64,000 bases of DNA from an uncultured Flavobacteriales bacterium (GCA_963814325.1 CAWFCK010000005.1:131383-195382), one strand, 5' to 3'. Shown: positions 27,711 to 38,317, numbered from the stretch's first letter. The notes: generated by a model from the sequence alone, not told the origin. Numbers and translations are program-made.

Positions 27711-29930
27711 TCAGTGTTTGGTGAATTGGGTAACGGCGCGTTGGCCATTGGAGTGGAGGCATTCCATAAAGTAAGTACCCGCAGCAAGGAAGTGTACATC
27801 CATCCGGTGCGGCGCCGCTTCGACGCGTTCTTGGTGCAGCACCCTTCCTTCCAAGGATAAGATGCGCACACTGGCAAGGTCCTCTCCCACCACAGCAATG
27901 GTGGCTGTTGCGGGGTTCGGGTACACGCTCAATCCTGAAGCTCGTGCTTCATCCACTCCCGTGCTGAACTCCGCCACCAGCACACTCGGCTCGGTGATCA
28001 CGGGTTCGTTGAAGTCGAAGTAAATGTTGGCGATGTTCTCGATCGCGGTACCGGGCAGAACAGGTTGCTTGGGGCGGATGCGGAAGGAGACGAAGCCGTG
28101 GCTCCTGGGTTCGTTCACGTTGCTATCAGGCAGCAGGACGGCAGGGAAGTTCCACCGCAGGATGCCTTGGCCCGATAGTGATACGGTGTGCGTATGCGAC
28201 GCCGCGCCGTTCAGGAAGGTCGCGGGATCGAGCGTGGACGGTAGCGTATCGGTGATCACCACGGTGAAGGCAGTGTCCGTGCCGGTGTTCTGGAAGCGGA
28301 TGGTATAGTCGATCCATTCGTCGCCGTCGATGTAGTAGATCTCACTGCTTTCCCGTGAACTGGTGAGCGCGGTCTTGTCGTTGGGGTCGTATGAACCGGT
28401 GACCATTCTCAGGTATGAGAAGCTATTGTTGATCAGGTTGGCCTCCGGGTTGGTCACGCTGGCCGTTACCGCAGTGGTGAGCACGGTGCCGATGAGGTTA
28501 TCGTCCGGTGGCACCTCGAAATTCACGCTGAAGCTGCGCTGTTGCAAGGCCCCGATGTTCGGGCTCGACCAGGTCAGTGTGTTTCCGTTCACCGTCGCTG
28601 TCGGTGTCGCTGACACGAAGGTCAGTACGGGGTCGTAGGTAAGCGTCACGGTGCCATTGCCTGCCAGCACACCTGTAAGATTGCGGAGCGCGACGCCCAT
28701 GGTCATGGGGAACCCGGGCCGCGCGGGACCGCTCGCTGCGGTCACCCTCACATCGAGGCCCACCAGGCTCGTGTCCGCCAGATCGCGCACCACATTGGGC
28801 TGGCCGGTGCTCAACACGAAAGGCGTGGTGCTCACTCCGCAATGCTCCTGGTAAACGGCGCTTGAAGTCGTTACTGTGTACGACCCATATGGCAGGCTCA
28901 TGCTGTATTGTCCCGCTGCGTTGGTGAGCGCGTAGTGATCACCCGGCTGTGCCACCACCACCGTCTGCGGCAGGTTGGGGTCGCCGGAGTTCTGGATGCA
29001 ATTCTCATTGGCATCCACGAATGCTCTTCCAGTGAGCGATCCGCAATCAGAACCGAGGTCGGGCACTACGAACGGGAGGTCCACTACACAAGGCGCTTGA
29101 ATGGAGCCTGTGCTTTCCTCGCTGCTGAAGCGCATCACCCAACCACCCGGATGCAGGCCGAAGAGCTCGAATGGAACGGGCGATGGATCGTCCAAGTCCA
29201 TGGCTTGGGCAGGCACAGTTGCGCCGAACTCGTCCACGGCTTGCAGGTTCCACCCATTGGTGAGAAGATAACCGCTCCAATTCAGGCTCCCGGCCAGATA
29301 GCCGTTGCTGGAGTTGGTGCAGCTGCCGGTGATCTGCAGCACGTCAACCGCGGGATCCACAAGCGCGGCCGGTATGGTCACATCCGCAGAACCGAAGCCG
29401 CAATCGGTGAAGACCGTTATGTTCACCGCCTGGCCGGGGCATGCGCCGATGATCTCGTACATCATGTAGTATTCGATCGGCTGACCAGGAGGTGGCCCCC
29501 ATGGCTGCACCTGCATGGTCGGTGTGGTGCCAATGGAATAGCCGCCGGTCACCAGGGGCAAATAGAGCCGGAACCCACCGTTGCACTGGCCTTGGCACGG
29601 CTCCAGGCCAGCGAAGAAGATGTTGTTGAGCAGGCCGCTGCCGTCGAGGGGAGGGGAACTTGAGGAGACCGTGAAGCTCTGCGATGTGGCGGTTGCGCCG
29701 GTATTATCCGTCACCGTCACCGTATAGCTGCCCGGCGGCAAGGAGGCCTCAGGGCCGGTGCTGCCATCGCTCCAATCGAAGGTGTATGGTGGGGTTCCGT
29801 TGATGCCTTCAGCCGTTGCATAACCGTACCCTGAACTGCAGTTCGCGGCGTACACGTGAACGTTCACTTGAACGGCATAGGCACTGGTGGTGAGGAGAAG
29901 GGCCAGGACTAAGAGTTGGCGTCCGATCAT
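27711..29930 (-). CDS. T9SS-sorted adhesin-like surface protein, paralog P3 (intact frame)
   Basis: ATG 29930 gives MIGRQLLVLALLLTTSAYA and the SprB-type repeat NCSSGYGYATAEGINGTPPYTFDW. The conserved module and the CTD VYPNPATATIAVVG...RAVTQFTKH are present. The stop lies 4 nt from the P2 start. Confidence 0.88.
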   Translation of the reverse strand: MIGRQLLVLALLLTTSAYAVQVNVHVYAANCSSGYGYATAEGINGTPPYTFDWSDGSTGPEASLPPGSYTVTVTDNTGATATSQSFTVSSSSPPLDGSGLLNNIFFAGLEPCQGQCNGGFRLYLPLVTGGYSIGTTPTMQVQPWGPPPGQPIEYYMMYEIIGACPGQAVNITVFTDCGFGSADVTIPAALVDPAVDVLQITGSCTNSSNGYLAGSLNWSGYLLTNGWNLQAVDEFGATVPAQAMDLDDPSPVPFELFGLHPGGWVMRFSSEESTGSIQAPCVVDLPFVVPDLGSDCGSLTGRAFVDANENCIQNSGDPNLPQTVVVAQPGDHYALTNAAGQYSMSLPYGSYTVTTSSAVYQEHCGVSTTPFVLSTGQPNVVRDLADTSLVGLDVRVTAASGPARPGFPMTMGVALRNLTGVLAGNGTVTLTYDPVLTFVSATPTATVNGNTLTWSSPNIGALQQRSFSVNFEVPPDDNLIGTVLTTAVTASVTNPEANLINNSFSYLRMVTGSYDPNDKTALTSSRESSEIYYIDGDEWIDYTIRFQNTGTDTAFTVVITDTLPSTLDPATFLNGAASHTHTVSLSGQGILRWNFPAVLLPDSNVNEPRSHGFVSFRIRPKQPVLPGTAIENIANIYFDFNEPVITEPSVLVAEFSTGVDEARASGLSVYPNPATATIAVVGEDLASVRILSLEGRVLHQERVEAAPHRMDVHFLAAGTYFMECLHSNGQRAVTQFTKH

Positions 29931-29989
29931 GGTGTTGGGCTCTTGTTGTGCGTTAGGCAGTTCGTTCGGTGTATCGCGGGCAATGTGCG

Positions 29990-32134
29990 TTACTGCTTCA
30001 GGATGCGAGCGGTGAGCCCACCCAGATGGATCACATAAAGGCCCGATTCCAAATGCGATGCATCTAACAGCAGGACATCGTTGCTCCACGTGCCGGGCAT
30101 CTGGACTTCCCGGCCATCGGCACCGAACACGCGGTAGGTGCGGGTCGCGTCAGAAGGAACCGTTATCCGCACCTGTTCGCTCGTTGGGTTCGGATGCACG
30201 TTGATCCGACCATCCGCAGCTTCGTCCACCCCCGTGCTGAACTCCGCCACCAGCACGCTCGGCTCGGTGATCACAGGCGGATTGAAGTCGAAGTAGATGT
30301 TGGCGATGTTCTCGATCGGGGTGCCAGCTACTACGGGCAACTTCGGCCGGATGCGGAAGCTGATGAGGCCATGGCTGAGCGGCTCGTTCACGTTGCTGTC
30401 CGGCAGCAGGATGTTGGGGAAAATGAATTTCAGTGTGCCCTGCCCTTGCACATTCCACGTGTGCAGGTGTGACGCTGTGGCCAACGAGATCGTCGCAGGA
30501 TCCAAGGTGGAGGGCAGCGTATCGGTGACCACGATGTTGAAGGCCGTATCCGTACCGGTATTCTGGAAGCGGATCACGTAGTCGATCCACGAGTCCTGAT
30601 CGATGTAGTAGAGCTCGTTGCTCCAGCGCGTGCTTGTGTAGGCCGTCTTGTCGTTGGGGTCGTAACTGCCGGTGACGGTGATCGCTGCGTTCGCATTGTT
30701 GTTGCTCAGGTCGCCGTCGGTATTGGCGGTGCTCACGGTGGCGCTGGCGAGCAGGTCGGTACCGATCAGGCCCACATCCGGTGGCACTTGCAGCTGGATC
30801 TGGTACTCGCGCTCCTGGAAAATAGCCAACGAGGGTTGGTTCCACGTGATCGTATTGCCTGCCACGCTTCCGCTCGGCCACGCGCTGATGAAGCTCACGG
30901 CAGGATCGAAGGTGAAGGTGGTGGTGGTGGCGCCGCTGGCCGATGAGGAGAGGTTCTGTACGATCATGCTGTAGTGCAATTGGAATCCAGGACGTGCTGG
31001 CCCCGACGCAAGCCCGATGGCCACATCGAGCGGGATCGTGGGTTGGTGGCCGATGTTGGCGGTGACCGTATTCCCATTCACCGTAGCGCTCGCTGGGCAG
31101 CTCTGCGCAATAGCCGCAGCGCTCGTGGTCATGGTATAGCTCCCGTTGGGCACCACAGCGGTATAGCTGCCTCCGCTTGTGGTGTAGATGGGCCCGGGCT
31201 GTATCTCCACCACCACGTTCGATGCATCCGCTTCGGTATCGGTACAGTCGCTGTTGTAGTCCATGTACGTGCTTCCCGAAATACTTCCGCACGTTGGACC
31301 GTAGTTCGGGATCGTCACCAATACGCTGTCCGATGAACAGGTTCCTCCTTGGAGCAGCGAATACGTAAAGCCCAGGCGGTGCTTCAACCAATAATTGCCC
31401 GGTGGCAATGAGTGGAAGGCGAACACATCGGTACTCACCATCTGGAATGAAGAAATGTAATCCATATCACCGCCGCTCTCAGGACGCAACACGTAGTACG
31501 TATCCGAGCCCAGGACCGGGGAACTGGTGAAGGTGACCTTGCCCGAGGGCACATTGGCACATGACCCTTGCACATCCACCACGTTGAAGGTGGGCCAGCT
31601 GGTGATGGGATATCCGGCGGTGAAGCCGAAGGAGCCCGAGCACCCGTTCACGTCCCAAAAGATCACTGACTGACCACTCCCTGGAGGAATAGGCCCAGGA
31701 TCCAGGTAGTAGTTGCCAGGACCTGCCGGGGGTGGCACTTCAGCGATGAGTCCTTGCGTAGCGCTCCATGGGCTCACGTCGGTTGGCACACCTGGCGGTT
31801 GCGGGGGGAAGAAGAACTCATGATAGTTCTGGCCGGGGCAATAGGCGTGCGGGAAATTGTAGTCCACCGTGCCGTAGTCCTCGGTGATCACAGTGGCCTG
31901 GTCGCTGACCTGGGTGCCCTCGAAATCGGTCACAGTGACCGAGTAGGTGCCGACCGAAAGCCCCGTGATGCTCTCCGTGGTCTCACCCCCGCCCCAGAGG
32001 TACGTGTAAGGCGGCACGCCGCCGGAGACCGCAGCGTACACGGAGCCATTCGCATAGGTGCAGGTCTCGTTCTGCACCTGCAAGTTCAACGAGAGGGCGC
32101 TGGCAACCGCACAAGCGCAGGTTGAAAAGAACAC
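29990..32134 (-). CDS. T9SS-sorted adhesin-like surface protein, paralog P4
   Basis: SprB-type repeat ETCTYANGSVYAAVSGGVPPYTYLW, the conserved module and the CTD VHPNPTSEQVRITV...GLTARILKQ. The ORF starts at GTG 32134. An ATG at 32153 is 1 nt out of frame and would give a better signal peptide (M-IRNILVFFSTCACAVASALS). Confidence 0.85.
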   Translation of the reverse strand: MFFSTCACAVASALSLNLQVQNETCTYANGSVYAAVSGGVPPYTYLWGGGETTESITGLSVGTYSVTVTDFEGTQVSDQATVITEDYGTVDYNFPHAYCPGQNYHEFFFPPQPPGVPTDVSPWSATQGLIAEVPPPAGPGNYYLDPGPIPPGSGQSVIFWDVNGCSGSFGFTAGYPITSWPTFNVVDVQGSCANVPSGKVTFTSSPVLGSDTYYVLRPESGGDMDYISSFQMVSTDVFAFHSLPPGNYWLKHRLGFTYSLLQGGTCSSDSVLVTIPNYGPTCGSISGSTYMDYNSDCTDTEADASNVVVEIQPGPIYTTSGGSYTAVVPNGSYTMTTSAAAIAQSCPASATVNGNTVTANIGHQPTIPLDVAIGLASGPARPGFQLHYSMIVQNLSSSASGATTTTFTFDPAVSFISAWPSGSVAGNTITWNQPSLAIFQEREYQIQLQVPPDVGLIGTDLLASATVSTANTDGDLSNNNANAAITVTGSYDPNDKTAYTSTRWSNELYYIDQDSWIDYVIRFQNTGTDTAFNIVVTDTLPSTLDPATISLATASHLHTWNVQGQGTLKFIFPNILLPDSNVNEPLSHGLISFRIRPKLPVVAGTPIENIANIYFDFNPPVITEPSVLVAEFSTGVDEAADGRINVHPNPTSEQVRITVPSDATRTYRVFGADGREVQMPGTWSNDVLLLDASHLESGLYVIHLGGLTARILKQ

Positions 32135-32421
32135 GAGGATGTTGCGGATTCATGGAAGAAAAGTCTCAGCGTAAAATAGCGAAAGGCCCGAACCACCCGA
32201 GGATATTCGGAGCGTTCAAGCACAAGACGTCAGGTCCACTGGAAGGGATGCCTTGGCCTGTGTTCACCATCCTGGGTCGTAGACGAACTGAACGGGGTTT
32301 TCTTCAAACAGGATGCGCAGGAAATGGACGGTAGTTCCGTCATCAAAAAGGATGATTCTGTCGTGACCGCAAGGAACGGTGGGGTTTTTCTGATTAATTT
32401 CACTCCTAAGAACCTGCATCC

Positions 32422-34810
32422 ATGAAACTGACCCACATCATCGCTTGCCTGCTGCTCACGGCAGGTGTCCATGCACAATGCACGGTCAGCTATTTCTCAC
32501 TGGCCGGCCTGCCCATGCGATGGGCGGATGGCTACACGGATGCACAAGGGGATACATGGGCCGCGTTCTTTGCTGCCGATGGCACAGGTGATGCGATCGC
32601 CGCCCGGTTCGATGCAAGCGGAGAACTGGTCTGGTCCTTCCGCTTGGCCGCATTAAGTCCCGTGGTGCAACTCTACCCTACACAGGCCTTGGCCACGCCG
32701 AGTGGTGGCATGCTGATCATCGGGCATCGGGTCAGTCCCTCGCACGAGAACTATTTTGGATCGGAGGTGGATGCACAAGGGGAGTTGCTCTGGTCGAGCA
32801 TCTACATGGAACCCTATGGCATGGATGAAGGCTATGGTGGTAACCCGAGGGTTTCTGCCACGCTGGACGGTGGATACCAGATGACAGTACCTGTGGGCAG
32901 TGGCTTGGTAACGGCACGGTTGAACGCCACCGGCCAGCAGGTCTGGTGCAAACACTTCAACGATAATTCAGGTCATGTGGGACCCCTCTCTGGTCAGGCC
33001 ATCACCCCAAGCGGCGAAATGATCTTCGCCACTTCGCCGACGTATTGGGATGGTTTTTCAGCCGATACGACCACCACCCTGATCTGGAAGACCGACGCGA
33101 ATGGTGACCTGTTGTGGTTGCGAAAGCTCAGTGGGATCGAGTTTACATGCACACTGGTGGAGCTGGCTACGAACGGCGACATCCTTATGGGGGGGGGGAT
33201 CGGCACATTCCCCTCGGACCAACAGACCGCGTTAGCCCGCTTATCGGCCAGTGGTGACCTGCTTTGGGCCAATAGCTACGATCACCCGCTCCTGGTAGGA
33301 GATATCGTGGAGGCCGGGAACGGAGATCTGCTGGCATCGCTCAAGGTCAACAACGCCTATTTCTGGTCCGGAGCAGACCTGGTCGATTCCACAGCGGTCA
33401 TCCAGGTTTCGAGCGATGGATCGGCGTTTAGCGAACTGGTCGTGCCGTTCGGGAGCGCGCGCATTCGTCCCGAGCACTTGGTATTCCGTAATGGACCGGA
33501 TAGACCTTGCTCGTGGGGTCAATGGATACCCTATCCATGGCCGTGAACAAGAACGTGTACGGTGGTGCCGATAGCGTACAATGGATCCATGATCCGGGTG
33601 GGGATGGACTCTATCCTGTGCTTCACAAGGTCAGATGGGCACAGCCTCTCCCATCCCGAATGCGTTGAACGAACTGATCACATTCACCAGCGTGGACGAC
33701 TCCATACGTATCTGGGGTCTTGCCGTCGCAGGTCATGATCAGACCCAGACGGACGTTGCTGTGCAATTCAGTCAGAACGCCCCGCCCCGCCCAGGATTCT
33801 CACACACAGTGTATGGCATGGCGAACAATATGGGTGGTGTGTCCACCGGGCCTATGACCGCAACCATGACGTTCGATCCGATGATGACATTTGTCAGCGC
33901 CGACCCGAGCCCCACCAGCGTGGCGGGCAACATGCTCACTTGGACCGGACAACCCGCGCTTACGGGATACATAGGCGCTTGGTCCGTTAACGCCACTTTC
34001 ATTGTACCGAACGACACCGCGCTATTGGGAGATCAGGTGATGACCACGCTGAGTGTCACACAGGATACCGCAGAGGTGGACCTGGAGAACAACACGGCCA
34101 CCATCATCCAAACCGTGGTGGGCAGCTATGACCCCAATGACAAGCTGGTGCAACCTGCGGGCCTCTATCACATCGTGAACGACGATGAGCTGCACTATAC
34201 GATACGGTTCCAGAATACGGGCACCTATCCAGCGGAAACGGTCGTTATCCGGGACACGCTGCCGTTGGACGTGGACATCCTCACTCTGCGATTGGGCCCG
34301 GCCACACATCCTTACACCTATACGGTAACGGGCAACGGCCACCTCGTCTTCACCTTCGCGAACATCAACCTGCCGGACAGCGGAAGCAACGAGCCCGCGA
34401 GCCATGGTATGGTCAGCTTCTCCATCAAACCCATCCTTCCACTGACCCTGGGGCAGGAGATCACCAACGTGGCGGATATCCTCTTCGACTTCAACCCGCC
34501 GATCCGCACGCCTGATGCCACGGTGGTAGTGACAGATGAGGTTGGCGTGAAACCCGCGACGAAGCCGGAGGTCTTGAGCGTATTCCCCGTTCCGGCGAAG
34601 AACACACTGACGGCCGTGGTGCCCAGCGGCTTCAAACCCGTGAGCGCCTTCGCCATAGGCGTGGATGGGCGCCGCATGCCGTTGCAGATGCCGACGCCTT
34701 CGCAGGTGCAGGTTTCCTTCTCTACCGCCCATCTGTCCGCAGGGGCGTATGTGCTAACGCTGCGGGCACAGGATGGTCGTCGACTTTCCGCGCGGTTCGT
34801 GAAGGAATAA
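32422..34810 (+). CDS. T9SS-sorted surface protein, paralog P5 (propeller-like repeat head instead of SprB repeat; diverged copy of the conserved module); frame disruptions at about 33485-33630
   Basis: ORF 32422..33546 has the signal peptide MKLTHIIACLLLTAGVHAQ and about five repeats ending in G[DE]L[LV]W. ORF 33635..34810 has no signal peptide and carries RPGF..., GSYDPNDK...IRFQNTGTYPAETVVIRDTLP...LPDSGSNEPASHG...ILFDFNPPIRT and the CTD VFPVPAKNTL...LSARFVKE. Joining the two ORFs is an inference. Confidence 0.65.
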
Positions 34811-34889
34811 GTGTCGGGCCCTTCGGTACTTTCGCAGCCCCACCTGCGGAACGTGCCATGCGCACATGTCCGCATGGGCACATGTTCAC

Positions 34890-36293
34890 ATGGGTAACGC
34901 CCGCACCGCCGCCTTCCACACCCTTGGCTGCAAGCTGAACTTTGCCGAGACCAGCACGCTCGCGCGCTCGCTGGAGGAGGCGGGTTATGCGCGCGTGAAA
35001 CCGGAGGAACGCCCGGACGTTTTCGTACTGAACACTTGTAGCGTAACGGAGAACGCCGACAAGGAATGTCGCCAATGGGTGCGCCGCTTCCAACGCATCA
35101 ACCCGGAGGCCTTCATCGCGGTGGTGGGCTGCTATGCGCAACTGAAGCCCGAGGAGATCGCCGCGATCCCCGGTGTGGACCTGGTGCTGGGCGCCAACGA
35201 AAAGTTCGATCTGGCAGCTCACATCGAGCGTTGTCATGCCGAGGCTGATCGGGCATCGCGAAAAGGCCAGGCCATCTTCTCCCCCATCAAGGACGTGAAG
35301 ACCTTCGTGCCTTCTTGGAACGCAAATGATAGAACACGCACCTTCCTGAAAGTGCAGGACGGCTGCGACTACTTCTGCTCGTTCTGCACCATACCGCTGG
35401 CGCGTGGCCGCAGCCGCAGCGCCACCATCGCGGAGACCTTTGCGATTGCTCAGGATATCGCAGCGAGCGGTGTGAAGGAGATCGTGCTAACCGGCGTGAA
35501 CACTGGTGACTTCGGGAGGTTGCAGGGTGAGACGTTCCTACAACTGGCGGAATCTCTGGATCGCGTGGATGGCATCGAACGCTTCCGCATCAGCAGCATC
35601 GAGCCGAACCTGTGCAACGACAAGGTGATCGCCTTTGTGGCGCGAAGCTCGAAGTTCATGCCGCACTTCCACATGCCCTTGCAGAGCGGCAGCGACACGA
35701 TCCTGGACCGCATGCGCCGACGGTACGACACGGCCCTCTACGCCGATCGCGTGGCCCACATCAAGCGCCTGATGCCGCATGCATGCATCGGGGTGGACGT
35801 GATCACCGGCACACCCGGCGAAACCGACGAGGAGTTCCTGAAGACCCATGCATTCCTGCGCAGCATCGCCGTGGACTATCTCCACGTATTCACCTACAGT
35901 GAGCGCAACAACACCACCGCTGTTCGCATGGACGATGTCGTGCCCATGGAGGTGCGTCGCGAGCGCACCAAGCAACTGCGCATCCTCGGCAGCAAGTTCC
36001 AACGCGCGCACTACGAGCGGAACGCTGGTACGACGAGGCCCGTGCTGTTCGAGGCAGGAAGTGCATCGGGGTGCCCTGCGGGAGACCCTGATGGAACTGC
36101 GGGAGACCCTGATGGAGAACTCCTGGGCTACACGGACAATTACATCCGCGTGAGCATGCCGTTCGAACCATCAATGGCGAACACCATCGCGAACACGGAT
36201 CTCATCAGGATCAACGGCGATGGCCACATGGAAGGGTCATCCGCGGTCGGTCACGAGCGAACGTTCTCATTATCTGATCATCTGATCGTCTGA
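34890..36293 (+). CDS. mtaB: tRNA (t6A37) methylthiotransferase MtaB (radical SAM, MiaB-like)
   Basis: N-terminus FHTLGCKLNFAETS...NTCSVTENADKEC. The radical-SAM motif is CDYFCSFC. A C-terminal TRAM-like region (GYTDNYIRV) is present. Confidence 0.9.
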   Translation: MGNARTAAFHTLGCKLNFAETSTLARSLEEAGYARVKPEERPDVFVLNTCSVTENADKECRQWVRRFQRINPEAFIAVVGCYAQLKPEEIAAIPGVDLVLGANEKFDLAAHIERCHAEADRASRKGQAIFSPIKDVKTFVPSWNANDRTRTFLKVQDGCDYFCSFCTIPLARGRSRSATIAETFAIAQDIAASGVKEIVLTGVNTGDFGRLQGETFLQLAESLDRVDGIERFRISSIEPNLCNDKVIAFVARSSKFMPHFHMPLQSGSDTILDRMRRRYDTALYADRVAHIKRLMPHACIGVDVITGTPGETDEEFLKTHAFLRSIAVDYLHVFTYSERNNTTAVRMDDVVPMEVRRERTKQLRILGSKFQRAHYERNAGTTRPVLFEAGSASGCPAGDPDGTAGDPDGELLGYTDNYIRVSMPFEPSMANTIANTDLIRINGDGHMEGSSAVGHERTFSLSDHLIV

Positions 36294-36303
36294 TCCGGAC
36301 CGT

Positions 36304-37510
36304 ATGTACCCGACCCTCTACCACGCCTTCCTCGACCTCTTCGGCATCGACCTGCCCGGGCTGAAGTTCCTCAACAGCTTCGGCTTCTTCGTGGCCATCG
36401 CCTTCGTGGCGGCGCACTACACGCTGGCGTCCGAACTGCGTCGGAAGACGAGCCAAGGCCTGTTGAAGCCCAACGCAGCGCAAGGTGATCGTGGGTGAGC
36501 CGGCGAAGCCGCTTGAACTCGCGCTGCAAGGGCTCATCGGCTTCATCTTCGGCTGGAAGATCCTGTACGCGGTGATGAACCTGTCCGAGGTCACCACCGA
36601 TCCACCCGGCTTCCTGCTCAGCGGCAAGGGCAGCTTCATCGGTGGACTTGTGCTGGGCGGTTGGTTCGCCTACATGCTGTGGAACGAGAAGAAGAAACAC
36701 CTACTGCCCAAGCCGGAGGAACGGACCATCACCCTCAGCGCCGTGCAACACGCGGGCAACATCACCATGACCGCGGCGCTCTGGGGCTTCATCGGCGCCA
36801 AGCTCTTTCATTGGTTGGAGAAGCCGCAGGACTTCATCGACCTGTTCAGCAATCCCGACGCGAAGGACATCGTCACCGGTCTCACCATGTACGGCGGCCT
36901 CATCCTCGCAGGCTTCATGGTGATGCGCTATTTCAGGAAGAACGGCCTGGCCTTCTGGCCTGCAGTGGATAGCGCTGCACCGGGCGTGCTGCTGGCCTAT
37001 GGCATTGGCCGCATCGGTTGCCAGGTGGCCGGCGATGGCGATTGGGGCATTGCCAACACCGCTCCTGCCCCATCGTGGATCCCGAACTGGTTGTGGAGCT
37101 ATGACTACCCGAACAACGTGAACGCGGTGATCGGCCCGCACCGCGGCGGTTACGTGGGCGAACCCATCACCGAAGGCACGTGCTTCCCCGAATATTGCAC
37201 GCACCTGGTTCCCGGTGTCTATCCAACGCCCTTGTACGAGGCCGTCGCCTGTGTGCTGCTCTTCGGCGTGCTATGGATGCTGCGCAAACGCATCAACCTG
37301 CCGGGCGCCATCTTTTGCCTCTTCCTCATCTTCGATGGTGTGGAGCGCTTCTTCATCGAGAAGATCCGCGTGAACGAGCCCTGGCTGGGATCCTGGACAC
37401 AGGCCGAAGTGATCAGCTCCGTGCTGGTGATCGGCGGCGCCGTGTTGTGGTGGTGGTTGAAGCGCCAGAGCGCATCCACACAGGAACGTCCAACCGAACA
37501 ACCCGCATGA
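36304..37510 (+). CDS. lgt: prolipoprotein diacylglyceryl transferase; 1-nt frame disruption near 36480
   Basis: ORF 36304..36498 (MYPTLYHAFLDLFGIDLPGLKFLNSFGFFVAIAF) joins ORF 36485..37510 (YGGLILAGF...GRIGCQVAGDGDWG...PTPLYEA...FDGVERFFIEKIR). Confidence 0.88.
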
Positions 37511-38317
37511 GCAGCGTTGCACATCCGGATCTGCCTGCCCTCACCGAACGCGTGTCCGCGCTCTGCCGCGAGGTGGCCGTCTTCATCCGCACGGAGGCCG
37601 CGCGCTTCACCGAGGCGAGCGTGGAGAGCAAGAGCCTCAACAACCTGGTGAGCTACGTGGACAAGGGCGCCGAGCAGCGACTGGTCGATGGACTTGGCCG
37701 ACTCGCTCCTGCAGCGGGCTTCATCGCGGAGGAAGGCACCGGGCGAACGCAAGGAAGGACTGAACTGGATCATCGACCCGCTGGATGGCACCACGAACTT
37801 CGTGCACGGCATCCCCTGCTACTGCATCAGCGTGGCGCTGGCCGACGGGCTGGACGTGCTGGTGGGCGTGGTGCTGGAGGTCACGCGGGATGAGTGCTTC
37901 AGCGCGTGGAAAGGCGGCGGCGCGTGGCTCAACGGAAAGACGATCGGCGTTTCAACGCGCAAGACCCTCTCGGAAAGTCTGCTGGCCACCGGCTTTCCGT
38001 ACGACGACTTCGGTCGCGAGGCGGAATACATGGAGCTGTTGAAAGCGCTGATGCACACCAGCCGCGGCATTCGCCGCTTGGGCAGTGCCGCTGCCGACCT
38101 GGCCTACGTGGCCTGCGGACGATTCGAAGCCTTTTACGAATACGGACTGAACCCGTGGGACGTGGCAGCAGGTGGACTGTTGGTCACTGAGGCCGGAGGC
38201 AACACCACCGACTTCCGCAACGGTGGTAGTTGGCTCTTCGGCGAGGAGATCGTGGCCAGCAATGGATCCATACACGCGGAGATCATCGGCCCGATCGGAA
38301 AGTTCTTCGGGCGCTGA
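37507..38317 (+). CDS. inositol monophosphatase family protein (SuhB-like); 1-nt frame disruption near 37742
   Basis: ATG 37507 overlaps the lgt stop. Motifs NLVSYVDKGAEQ...FIAEEG, then (after a shift) WIIDPLDGTTNFVHG and WDVAAGGLLVTEAGG. Confidence 0.88.

Noticed and set aside
23681-30581. A 94-codon antisense ORF (MLAMFSI.VP...VPVFWKR..) is conserved in all four tandem paralogs, at 23681..23965, 25838..26122, 28024..28308 and 30297..30581.
   Set aside because: It mirrors the most conserved sense-strand block (IRFQNTG ... NIANIYFDFN). Its conservation is fully explained by the sense protein, and I see no independent signal such as a promoter or protein motifs. A dS/dN test on both frames would settle it.
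23347-34810. Diversity-generating retroelement or other programmed hypervariation acting on the paralog array.
   Set aside because: The window has no reverse transcriptase gene and no template/variable repeat pair with adenine-specific mismatches. Differences between copies are spread over whole head domains.
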